A stretch of DNA of 64,000 nucleotides from Azolla caroliniana. Lineage: Eukaryota > Plantae > Polypodiophyta. This document shows positions 25,711 to 37,864 of the stretch, piece by piece. Location of the stretch: assembly GCA_043228905.1 (NCBI GenBank), contig JBHGNT010000001.1, positions 31,062,001-31,126,000 on the forward strand. Reading direction: 5' to 3'. The notes under the pieces are model-generated. The model had not been told where the DNA came from and ran no database searches. It saw only the letters and a list, made by a program, of their open reading frames with translations. Every line of letters begins with the position of its first letter. Within the stretch, counting starts at the first letter, position 1. A program made the position numbers and the translations under genes.

Positions 25711-27171
25711 GAAATTGGCATACATTGCTTTATGTTTCTGAGTCTCTACTATGGAGGTGTAATATAAGCAGGTGCAGGAAGTTCTCAAATCACAATGATT
25801 TGTAAATTTGTTGTATTAGTTGGTGCATTTCTCTTTGTAAGATAAGATTTTCAGTCTCTGGAAAGTATAGGACCACAACTATTCATGGACCCAGTCCTGT
25901 GGAAAAGAGTATTTTGCAGAATTCTTTGATGTAATTTTTATGAGGTGAGATATTGTGTATATAATGAAACACCAATTTTTATGGTTCCTTTTTGTTGTAT
26001 TGATTAAATATGGACAAAAAATCAGTCATGAGTGCCAATTTTTTTTGTATTGATGGGGTAAAGTGTTGTCTTTGTGTGTAGGCATTTGTATTATTTGTTG
26101 TCTACATTATTTTTTCCTTGTTTTGTTGGGGAGTTCTATTGTCTATTCTATCATGTTTCACCAATTCCCTATAGGTTAGAAATCACATCCATTGGCTCCA
26201 ATCAAGATCAGTGGTCAAGGAATGTTCCAAACCGATAACACTTGTGTGATTCCATATTCCCCACAGGGTATATTCTTAAGTACCTCCCTCATTGTAAAGG
26301 CAGCTACGACATCAAGAAGTGCACTTGGAACCTGTATCCGAATTCTATAATGCTTCGACCAAGGTTCAAAGGTTGAATTGACAACATCTCAAAGAAGAAT
26401 TTGTCACTAGACAAGGTAAGACATGTCGAGAACATAAAGGATATAGCCATCTTTCCTCCCTTTTCCGAGTACATCTTTGCACATGATGTCTTGTTCCATA
26501 ACCTAGCGCACGAACCAAACAAGCAATATTGTATGTGACCCGAGACAAGCTTTTAGTGAAATGTTGTGTACATCAAGTGACTCCTTATAAACCTCTGATA
26601 TTAACTTCAAGTTTAGTGTTTGCACCTTGGTCATGGGGAAGCTTCCGCGGGGTGATTCTACATTAATGTCAATCGGGGTAATTGAGATAAATTACATCTA
26701 ACCTCGTGGAAAGGAGCTGCGGATTGGACAACGATCTATTGACCTAGGAGTGAGTGTAGAAACGTGATATATGTAAAACCATATCATGTTGGGCACACAA
26801 CACACAACCACACTCTAACATAACTCATAGTTGTGGTATTACGTATTTGCATGGCTAATGTAGTCGTGGAATGTTTTGCTGAGTGAAATCTGGCACTTTC
26901 TAAATGTATAAAAAAAACTAGAGAAATCCATACATACACACACACAAGAAAACAGAGACAGACAGACAGACAGACAGGGAAGTCTTATTCCGTGTGGGGA
27001 GTAACACCATGGTATTATGGCTCCCTTATCCTTTCTCTCTTTATTTAAGATTCCATCAATCATCACATGTCTCATGCTTGCATTAGACAGGACGGTTTTA
27101 TAAGGGCTTGATTAATAGAATGATGCATTTTTGTTGAAGTGAATTTATCTGATCATTTAACTCCATATTAA

Positions 27172-28038
27172 TTGATTGATGGATGCCAGGAGGAGCGCTG
27201 TGCTGTGTGTGCGGAGAGGGCGGTCTCGAGTGTTATTCGTGTGTTGTTCATAGCAGTTGTGGCTGGTGTGGCCCTCAACTTGTTGGCGGCTCCGGGAGGC
27301 GATTCGGACAAGAACAATATTGATGGTGTTGTAAGGGTGATGGCACAATTTGCACCCACACCAGGAGAGCAGGGAAATGGTAGTAATAGTAGTAGTACTG
27401 GCCCCCAGAATGATAAGTGTACGAGTGTGTTGGCTAATTTAATCCAGTGCCTGCCTTATGTCGTCCAAAAGAATGGTTCGTCCGGATCTAAGGGCCCCCC
27501 GGGCAATCCACCAGCCAAGAATCAATCAGCTGGTTGTTGCAATCCCTTGATTTCGATCCTGAAATCGCCACTAGCAAACCAAACCCAGTGCTTGTGCAAT
27601 CTCAGTGCCTTGGGAAAGTCCATCAAAATCGAGATCGATGCCAATCGAACCATGATCAGCTTGTTGAGCTTATGCAATTCCACGAGAAATGTTGTTCCGA
27701 GCAGTGTCTCAGCTTGTTTAGGTACGTTGTGATCATTTAGTTTCGGCATCTTGTTGGGTTTTCCGCAAATATTTTCTCTAAAAATCTCGGTGATGGTGCC
27801 GCGATACCTTTTTAAGTGTTTTACATTTATATCATCAGGGTGTTGTTACTTGCTCTAATATTTATCACCCAAGGTTTTACTTGTTCTATCTAAATCTTTG
27901 TTATGGTGTTGCGAAACAGTAAGTGTTACATTTACATTTATATAAAGGGTTTCACTTGGTTCTAATATTTCCCATGCAGCCAAATCAACTCACAATGGTT
28001 TTACTGGTTCAAATATTTACCATGCCATAATAGAGTAA
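27172..28038 (+). CDS. Non-specific lipid transfer protein (8-Cys motif, LTPg-like); start codon and 3' exons uncertain, possibly a pseudogene
   Basis: C-X9-C...CC...CLC...C...C pattern (CTSVLANLIQCLPYV, GCCNPL, QCLCNL, SLCN, SACL) after a hydrophobic segment. Donor at 27722, candidate acceptor at 27979. No in-frame ATG precedes the hydrophobic segment. Confidence 0.75.
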
Positions 28039-30103
28039 TATAGCTTTTATATATGGTTAAGGCTAAGCTTGAGGTGGTTGCTTTTAATTCCTTCTCATTA
28101 TTAACCAATTCTAATGCCCTAACTATGTTTGTAGGGATCTTGATCATTTCTTTTTCTGTGCTTTGTTGATGAGACCAATTGTGCATGTTTCTCACAATTT
28201 TTTTGCTAATTTCTACTATGTTCCAATATTTTTCAGGATTGCCGAAATAAGTGTCTTCCGTAAAGATCTTCATTGCCACCATGATTCTTCATTCAATAAG
28301 TTTGTGGTTCAGACTTCCTGTCCGCCTCACAAGTATCTATCTAGTATTATCACAATTGATAGTATCCTTGTGTTAAGAGGTCTTCGTTGCTATTGTTAGT
28401 AGTTTTTAGCGCACATTATCATTAGAATACATATGTAGTAATAGCAGTCATAATATAACATCCATTAATGCTCTTGTAATAATGCCATAACACTTTTGAC
28501 ATCATGATGGTTAGCTTGTAGTTGGACTCATTTACAAGGAGCAGATTTTCTTTTAATTAAATGATGTGTGTCCACAATTTGAAGCTCCTAGATTTATATG
28601 TGTGAGCATGTGCATGCCACTCTCGTTATTTAATCGTTGCAGTCTTTTTTACTTTTTCTTCCAAAAAGTAATCATTCATTCATGCACTGTGTTTTTCATG
28701 TTGCTAACCCACAGCACAGATTTGATTCTGATACAATCGTGTTCACCACTTCCCCGTAAACCCATGAAATCTTAAGTGTTAATATTCTCATGTCTACTGA
28801 ATCACTGAGATTTATATAATCAAGCGCATATGTTAATGTTTTTAGAGTGATTATTAAAACCATAATATTCTTGTGTATCCTAAGTCACATTGGGTGTATG
28901 AACAAGTGCTTAATGAAGATAAACGATAACCCTGACTATGAAATCGCTAGGCAAACGAAGAAAATTTACCATAACCCTGACTATCAAATCGCTAGTTTAA
29001 CGAAGGAAAAAAATTGCAAGGAATTATAGGCGTTTTCTTGGTAAATTTGAGCAAATGAGAACGCTTATAATAAACAGATAAACAGATTACGTAGGATATA
29101 TTATTAAACGTATAATGTGATTTATTTTTGGAATTGTTGTACGTCAAATCTGTCTTCTTTCTGCAAGGGTGGTTCCTTTTGTTTGGTAAATTGGGCAAAT
29201 CAGGACGTTAGTAAACAAATTCTTCTTCTTTTTGAAGTATAATATGATTATAGAAATTATTCCTGAAATTTTTTACATCAAATCCATCACTACTCTTTTA
29301 TCCACGCTTAAATATTCCATTTTTCATGTGATTATATATATATATATATATATATAACCTCTAAAAATAAGTAGTAACTTTTGGTAACTCTCTCTATTTT
29401 AAATTTCATATCATTTTAGCAATCAACAGGGCTTTTAGCATGAAAAGGAGAGGAGGTACGTAGACTTCTTCTATTGATACATGAGAATGGCCATCATGGA
29501 AAAAAGTTCCAAGGTTTTCCCCCTGCTTCGAAAGTCCCAAAGAATTGTCATTAAATTCTCGAGTTAATCACAGATGCTCCTTTCAAACTAGCGCTTAACT
29601 ATTTTACAAATTTGATTGTGGCCTGTTCTGCTTTTCCCATAGTCTATATGATTATATAGATCATTCACCTACTCTGTGACATTTAATTTACCAATCTTTT
29701 TGTTTGCATTTCTAGTTAAGGAATGAGTGGGTCCGCTTCAAAACCATTATAACATTCTTGGAAGCAATCACCAACAAGCACTATTTGTCATCATTCACAA
29801 AGTTAGAATCCTTTGATTGATTGATCACCAACAAATTGTGATTGTCCTTATTCATATAAGTAGCAATATTTTGTAGCTATTCAAAGTCAGAATCACAATA
29901 TAGTCTTCCACTTCCAGAATCATTAGTGTCACCAACTTCCAACAGATACTCATTACTCATAGTCAGATGACACAATAGTCTTCCAGAAATCCATTGTTGC
30001 GCAAAATGTCTAGTTTTCTACCCAGAAATTTCCTTTGGACAACCTTGTAGGTAGATATTACACCCATCCACACAATGTGCATCAAATTGAAAGCTGCACG
30101 CTA

Positions 30104-30330
30104 ATTTCAAACCAAGCCAATCACATATAGACGTTACCATACATGGTACTAAATATAAATGCCAATGCTAGTCCAACATAGCCAATGCTAACAAATATTT
30201 GCTCATATTACAAATTCGACAATATTTCAAACCAAGCCAATCACATATAGACATTACCATACATGGTACTAAATATAAATGCCAATGCTAGTCCAACATA
30301 GCCAATGCTAACAAATATTTGCTCATATTA
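30104..30330. repeat. Near-perfect tandem duplication, 120-bp period
   Basis: ATTTCAAACCAAGCCAATCACATATAGAC...GCTCATATTA appears at about 30104 and 30224 with one visible substitution. Confidence 0.9.
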
Positions 30331-32549
30331 GACACAATTTCTACGAAAATTTAATGAAATCCATTGCTAGTTTTAGTGGCGATTCTTAATGCATTCAAGA
30401 ATCACAGTTCTAAAGCAGTGTATTTAAGAAGGGGAAAAATTGAACAAATCAACAGCAAATTGTAATATCATCTTGCTTTCCTCATAGCTTTGTATGAAAC
30501 AAAAATGTTGAAATGCGAAAAGAGAACTATTTTTCCGACATCAAGTCTGCATCATAGATTGGCAGTCTCCTGATAATTAAATTTATGCTATTTCATTTTC
30601 ATTATGCGAAGATTGAATACATGAGCAAGTAAAAGATGAAATGGAGAAAAAACAGCATTCATGAAGAACCATCATCCACAAAGAAGTTCAATTTGTAATA
30701 GTTGCAATGATGTAAAGACTTGTCAAAGCCTGAATCATATTGTTGTAAGACTTGTCAACAACCCAAATCATATTGATGTTTATTTAAACCCATTTCACTA
30801 GCTCAAATGATTACACAAAACTACTAAACAAGATGAAATACAATTCCAAGAAAACCTCAAATCTATACGTAGTAAAGTTACTATCTAAAATGAACCACAA
30901 CGATGACATACAAAGAATCAAAACCTGAATCATATCAATCTTTATTTACCCCACTTTTCTTGCTAGAAAGAAAAGGCTCAAATCAATACATAAAGCTACA
31001 AGCTACAAACAACGATGAACCACAAAGAAGAATACAACCATAGTCTCTAGACTATGCACCTTAATTATACAAAGAAGAACAAAAACCATAGTTTCAAGAA
31101 TATGTAGGGATAAATAATTATACAATGCAGTCCCATCAACTTGTGGCTGTTGGGAGGCTGAGTAAAATTAGAAGCTTCATGCATGACTGAAAACATCTCC
31201 TTCCACAATCCCCACCTGCATAACAAAAAAACGTGTAAGTTTTAGTTTTAGTTCCTCTTCGCTACCAAAAATATACAAAACTGCCATGCTCTCATTAAAA
31301 GATAAAGTGATGCATTGAATGAATTATTCTTAATTATCATACATATTGGAGGCAAAGATGGTGAGAAGATCAGATGAACCGATTACTTCATGGATAATCG
31401 CTGACAATTAATCATTTGACAAAAAAACTAACAGCATTCACAATCATTCCGTCACATTGGATGACTGAATTTACTATGATGAGCATTTTGCAACAGCATA
31501 AAACCAGATCCAAAGGCAAAACTCCTATGCTCTAAAATATCAGTGGATGCATTCTTACAAATTTTATTAACTTCACCTTCTGACAGGAAGGCTATTTATA
31601 ATATCATGCTCTTTGCGCATTTGAACTGAGAGCAAAACTTTCATACTATACGAAAGTTACCCCATGTAAATCAGCATATTATGAAAGGAAAAAATGGAAT
31701 CTGTAAATGTATATTGTTGACTGGTTATATCTATATTTTAGGGCTGCAAACACAAGTTACAATAAAAGCATAGCACCATATGGTGAAGCAAAAGAAATAG
31801 AATCTGTACAATGCACTCAATCATGCGAGAACCTTCAAATTGTCACATGAAAATATAAATATAAGACACTGGTGATGTTTCTTCAGATTCATAGGGAACA
31901 ACTGGAATTCAGGTTTCACCAAATTAAAAGAAATGAATAGCATTTCTGTGCTCACTCTATGCTAGTACGTTCAAAATCTGACACAAACATTATTCAAGAA
32001 AACAATTTCTTTGCTCAAGATGCACGTAGAATTCCCTTCTTTCTAAGATGTTCTTATCGAGTTACAAGATAAGGTATGGCGTACATAAGCAGAGAAGCCA
32101 CAAACAAGAACAAAACTTTCCATTATGTGCAGATATATGATCAGTAGCTATGCAATGAAATCAGAATAAAAAACTAAAATCCCGAGATAAGCATCCCATG
32201 TGAATTAATGACGCAGAAGCCATGAGTATGCCATAAACAAGAACCTTTATTTCCATCATGAACATATACATAGTTTGCAACTAAAGTATGGAAGTAGGAA
32301 AACAAATGAATTTTTAGAATTAATCTTCGTTTCAGGAAGGTGAAGACTAAAATTTCATGGACGCAAAAGAAACAAATAACCATATTTCCCTTGTGAACAA
32401 AAAGTATCTTTTGCTCAGAGCAATGAGCATGAGAACAAACCCCTAGATTTTGTAATTTTCTTTAGAACAATAACCTGTGTTTCTCTTACGAACAGCAAAT
32501 AATCCCTCAACCAGACAAAAGATATGAGAACAAAAACCTGTTTTTTTCC

Positions 32550-32678
32550 TTGTAAATAAATGGCAGAATATCAAGAATGCAGAATATTTTTCTTCATAAT
32601 AAATAGACAATGATTGTAAATAAATGGCAGAACATCAAGAATGCAGAATATTTTTCTTCGTAATAAATAGACAATGAT
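32550..32678. repeat. Tandem duplication, about 63-bp period
   Basis: TTGTAAATAAATGGCAGAA.ATCAAGAATGCAGAATATTTTTCTTC.TAATAAATAGACAATGA occurs twice. Confidence 0.9.
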
Positions 32679-32847
32679 CTATTAAGGGGCCAATCCAGAT
32701 CTAGAACTAACAATGACTTACATATCAGATGAAAATATCTGAATAAACAGTGTTATATTATATTGTTGAAGATAATGTTTCTGATCCATCCATGGTAGCT
32801 TCTTCTGCGGCTTTTTATTCCGGTAACGATGAAAGTCATGAGTCGAC

Positions 32848-32979
32848 TTAGCAAGGAAGGCAGCTGCGGACACAGCTGAAGCAGGATCGGACGAAGTTAC
32901 AGATGCAACAGAGGATGCAGAGAGCGAGGATGACCACGATGGCGACGATGATGATGATAATATGATGAGGAAGAGCCAT
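32848..32979 (-). CDS. Putative 43-aa single-pass membrane microprotein with a Cys-rich tail: MALPHHIIIIIVAIVVILALCILCCICNFVRSCFSCVRSCLPC
   Basis: ATG in good context (ATCC-ATG-GC), GC-richer coding-like composition, hydrophobic helix and 8 Cys. Upstream are a CT-rich leader and TATA-like TATTTATATA (about 33256-33268, minus strand). A strong GTAAGT donor lies at 32721 after the stop. Confidence 0.6.
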   Translation of the reverse strand: MALPHHIIIIIVAIVVILALCILCCICNFVRSCFSCVRSCLPC

Positions 32980-33152
32980 GGATTCTTCTTACTTCTTCTT
33001 ACTTCGTGCTAAAAAGGAAGAACGCAAAGAAGAAGAAAAATGAAGAAGGCGTACGAGAGAGAGGGAAGGGGGGGGGGGGGGAGACGATAGGGTTGGGAGG
33101 TTGAACGCGAAGGAAATGGCGAGAGAGCTAGGGTTAGGGTCTCGAGTTAAGA

Positions 33153-33188
33153 TTAGGGTTAGGGTTAGGGTTAGGGTTAGGGTTAGGG
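33153..33188 (+). repeat. (TTAGGG)6 telomere-like repeat
   Basis: Six perfect TTAGGG units with degenerate units on both sides. Confidence 0.95.
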
Positions 33189-33999
33189 TTGGGGAACGGA
33201 GGAAGCAGGAGATAAGTCAGAAGTCCTTGACGGAGGCGAGGGATAGAATGGATGGAATATATAAATATGAAGTAGAAAGAACGTAGTGAAGGGAGAAGAG
33301 GAGAGAAGAAAACGTGCGATTTACTTAGTAATATACCAATTTCCAAAGCGCGTAACGACACCAGCGGCTTCTTTTTCTTCTTCTTCTTATGACGACGACC
33401 TTTTCATCTCTCTCTCTCTCTCTCTCTATCATTCTGCGTGTGTTTTTCTCACAACACAAACCCGAGACCTAGTCTCCCCCCAATTATACATACATACTCA
33501 TACATACATAGAAAGAAGTTAGAACGAAAAGAACCCCCCCCCCAACATACATTCATCAATCATGTGGGCAAAATGTGATCGATCGATTATTTGTTGTGTG
33601 TTAGGGGAGGGGTGGAGGGGGCATTTCGATCATCAAATGCTGGTTTCGATTTGATCGAAGAAGAAACTCCCCACATGTTTGTAGTGGCATTTATTGTGTG
33701 GTGATTTGATGCCGCGCCACTTTCATACCATATGGTATGTACATACTTACCCCCCCCCCCTCCCATACGGACCCCGAACCCTATAATCCTTAATACATAA
33801 TTTGTAATCAATTAGGACTAAAAGAAGACGGATCTAGTCACACGACGATAATAATATTTATAATAAATTATACTCTCAGACTCCTTCATGCATAAGATCC
33901 CTAATCCCGCCGTTACAGAACACACAATAACATAAGTAAGCACAATATCGTCAACATAGATTCCACGACCCCTAGATGAACTCGAAAACTGTGACCAAG

Positions 34000-34560
34000 C
34001 CCTGAGCACTGAACATTGTTCCTAACCCATGAATAAACCCCCCCATAAGCATTACTAAACTTTGAACCATAAGTAAATCCTAAACCATTACGAAACTTTG
34101 AAACCTATAACTGTTACTAACCCGTGAACCATAAGTAAATCCTAAACCATCACCAAACACTTCATCATAAACAATGAAGCATTGATCCCTAAAACCATAA
34201 TAAGTAAACATTGAAGAGTCTATCTAACACATAAACACTAAACCATGAGGCCTAAATGAAACACCACTAAAACTAATCGTCATGACCACACCCTCCAAAT
34301 CCCCAAACACTAACCCCTAACTAAAACCATGATTAAAGACCAAAACAGCAACTAATACTTAGAAACCTGGAACAATCAGAACTGACCTACAAACATCAAA
34401 CTGTATAATTTAACCCCTAAACAATTACTAAACAGTAAACCCTAAATATTAAACCCTGACTACGAAACCATATACATAGTTAAACCCTAACCTATTATAA
34501 GGCACTACACACTAAACCCTGTATATCATCCCTAAACCCATCGCTTGAACACTTTGAACC
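34000..34560. repeat. Degenerate telo-box/telomere-like (AAACCCT-related) array in a divergent promoter region
   Basis: Dense TAAACC, CCTAAAC, AAACCCTAA and TAACCCCTAA variants with strong A/C strand skew. Confidence 0.65.
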
Positions 34561-34847
34561 ACTCTGCGCTGTCCACGTTACTAATTTGCTTTTTCAGCGC
34601 ACAGCAATAATCCTTATCAAGTACCTTCTTCCTCTTCAGGTGGAATTTTGTGGGCTTTGTTTCCTAAGACATCTGTTCCGAGAAATTTCCAGCCGTCAAG
34701 TTCTGGTACAAGGAATACGTTCTAAAGGTCTCCTAATTCTTGTTTTTTCTTTCCTACTGAGATTTCCTTCCCCCATTTTTCTCCGTTGCTTCCAACGGTC
34801 AGGGATAATATGCTATTGCTTGAAGTTTTGGTGTCACCAGGATTCTA

Positions 34848-37800
34848 ATGAAGGTTAGAGAGAAAATAAAGGAGTTTATTTTCTTTTTGTTTTGATTTTT
34901 CTCTTTGTTTGACATGTTTTATCTATATCCATGTACACTGATTTGTAAGACACGAGTTATCTGTTGTAATTGAAGTAAGATCACTGTGTGAAGTCACATG
35001 GAAGATAAACGCATTTGTTGCTAGCATTGCAAGTGCCTTCAAATAGTCAAAAAAATCCTAACACAACACAAGTAAATTAAAATTGTAATGGCTGCAAAGG
35101 CATATATCTTATGTCTATCACTTACATATGTTCATATGTGATGCTATCGCACGAACTTATGTTCATAGGTTGAGGGTGAATGATCGATTGCTAATGACCT
35201 ACTGCTCATAGGCTGAAAATGAATGATCTTTTATCATCAAACTTTTGTTCTTAGTCTGAGAAAGAGTGATCTCTTATCTTTGATCTTATGCCCATATAAA
35301 TGATTTTTTGGCATTGTACTTACGCTAATAGCTTCGAAATGAATTATCTCTCACCATTTAACTAACGTAACAGCTTGGAGATGGATGATGTCTTATCATT
35401 AAAGTTAAGTTCATAGTCTGGGAGTAAATGTTCTCTTTTTTAACCGTTGAACTTATATTTAAAGGCTGGGAACGGGTGATCTCTTATATTGAGCTTATTT
35501 TAATAGGTGATCCAAATCGTGATTCCACAAATGACAACTTGTAAGAGTGATGGAGCAATTTGATGAGTATTTACAATATCTGTCCATATTATAGAACCCT
35601 CATAAATAAAGTTGAAAGGCAGAATTATTTTCTCATCTTGGAATATAGCATATATGTTAACTTTTCAAAGGAGACCTACAATTAAGCGAATGATTAAAAC
35701 AACGAGTGTAGATATGTGTTCCTGTCACTGAGAGATTTAAATCGTGAGAATTACTGTTTGTAAAACGTGAATTAAAAGCTCAATGATTAAGTTATTGTTG
35801 GGGTTGATGTGGCAATAACTGGTTTGGTTATTAGGTTAGTTCTAAAAAACGAGGTCACAGGATTGTATGGTTGAGATCAATGTTAAGAGCATATGTGGCA
35901 TTTCACAGTTGAAATCGAATTTGGCCTGTGGAAACTTGATTTGTTTATCTTGAGAAGTGATCTATATGTTCAGTTCGATCTTGTATTATGAATTTCGAAA
36001 AACATGGATCTCACTTTCACAGGGTTCTAGGCCTTCTGGGTCTTTTAAATTATATGAATTTAAGGTGTTATACATTGGCTTGTTTGTTGCCAGGGAGTTT
36101 AATGATTGTTTGAATCAAGCATTTAAACAGGATGTAAAAATGTACTTATTCTGCTGCTACTTGAAATCTACATTGTCATTTTGTATTGAGGCCCACGAAT
36201 AAGGCATTTCTACATGTGGCCTGAAATTAAGAGGTGGGATATGAGAGTAGAAATGAGCAGTGATTAAATTAAAGTAGCTCTTATGAGGCTTAGTAAACTT
36301 GTTCAACTGGGGCTGAAATTTTTACTTATCCTTGTAAAGCTTATACTTCCCATCAGTTTACTAAACCTGTTTTCATTTTTCGCTTAGGTTCTGGAGATGC
36401 TACAAATCAAAAGGTTTGGATATCTGGTCTGGTCTTTCAATCCATATGGCACCATCCATCCGCATATGTATGCTAGTACGCGTAGTGTGGGTTCAAAGAC
36501 CCTTTTCATTGGAGGTTTGTACAATGTTAAATGTTTATGTTAAAAGAAGTAAGCGAAAAATAGTCATTTGATTAGGCTATGTTAACCTCAAGACTTAATC
36601 TTTTGAATATACCATCTTGACTGCGCATATCATTGTCACGCAGGACACATCTCAGGTATGAGATAGAAATCTTTATTCTTTGTAATTTTGAGAGCGAGCT
36701 AAGATAACTGAGCCTGAGTGAATGGTGAACTTAGTATACACATTTTAGAAACCATATTCCTAATTACTTACAACAGTGCGACTCCCATCCCTTTTTGAGA
36801 AACATTTATACTCAGGATAAAGAGATATATGCGGTATCTTAGATACCATGATACTACTGAGTATATGAGATTAGTAGGAGATGATGATATAAGGTAAGGA
36901 GCTTCATTTCTGAACCTAGAAGTATCCGTGTCCCTTTACAGCTGATCAACAGAATGTATTTCCCATTTCAAATTGAGTTATTCTCCGTCTTAAGTGTGAA
37001 TCGGAAGTTTGACTTTTTGACTGTCAATAATCTTGTGATATGCAGTATTATTACATGTATTTAAACCTCATGAAAAAGATTATACTGCAGGAATTTCTAA
37101 TAGAGTAAAGGAGGAGGAGCTAAGGGATGCTTTTTCATCTCACGGGGAAGTCATTGAAGGTAACTATGTGGAAATTTATATGCCTCTCTGGTACTTGCAT
37201 GTTGAACGACCCATTCAAATTCAACTTAATGTAGTCCACATTCTTAATGACATTTCAAACTCAGTAATAAAAGATGAGTTAAGTTTGCCAAACCATTCCT
37301 TGTGAAACAGCTCGACTTTGCATTGATCCAAGGTCATCATGCTCATGTGGATATGGGTTTTTGCAATATTCCTCGCTCAAGGAGGCCGAGGTAGCAATGA
37401 AAATGATGAATGGGAAGGTATATGCAGGAACAGTAATAAGGGATGCCATTTTTTGTTGAGCATTCCAACTGCTACTTGGGTGGACCCTAGTTAATATAGG
37501 ATGCAAGTTGGCCTGTACTATATGAGATGCTGTATAATATCCTATGTACATTGACTTAACTAATGGAAGTAGTAAATTTTTGGAAAAAAAAACACTGAAA
37601 TACCAGTGACTTGGTGATTATCAGAATATCCCAAGTTTTCAAAACTTTACCCCTATCATAAAACTTACAGTAATTCTGTTACTTTTGTTAGTCTTAGGGG
37701 TACGCTTGTAAATCCCAAACAAGTTACTGGCATTTTGATGTTTTGCCCTCGTGTGTGTGTATCACTGATCAAGGTTTCTTAGCTTGTGGAATTGTATGCA

Positions 37801-37864
37801 GGTTCTTAAAGGTAAACGTATCAGGGTTGCATATGCTGTTTCTGAGCAAAAGGATGTAAACTAA
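34848..37864 (+). CDS. Single-RRM RNA-binding protein (organelle RRM / GR-RBP-like); exons 34848-34853(?), 36388-36514, 37091-37159, 37311-37417, 37802-37864
   Basis: Spliced translation (MK)VLEMLQIKRFG...SKTLFIGGISNRVKEEELRDAFSSHGEVIEARLCIDPRSSCSCGYGFLQYSSLKEAEVAMKMMNGKVLKGKRIRVAYAVSEQKDVN* has RNP2 (LFIGGI) and RNP1 (CGYGFLQY). All introns are GT-AG and frame-consistent. Missed by the ORF track. Confidence 0.88.
35136..35515. repeat. About 43-bp degenerate minisatellite (about 9 units) in the first intron of the RRM gene
   Basis: Approximate consensus GAATGATCTCTTATCATTGAACTTATGTTCATAGGCTGAGAAT repeated head to tail. Confidence 0.8.

Noticed and set aside
31368-31425. Possible box C/D snoRNA on the minus strand (ATGATTA...CGGTTCATCTGA)
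   Set aside because: Imperfect C box, only about 50 nt long, and the possible rRNA complementarity is too short to support a call.
33101-33361. ORFs with RVRVRV / PNPNPN repeats
   Set aside because: Artefacts of (TTAGGG)n.
33000-34600. Possible telomerase RNA locus
   Set aside because: I found no convincing USE (TCCCACATCG) plus TATA Pol III promoter ahead of a single template region; multiple repeats do not fit a template.
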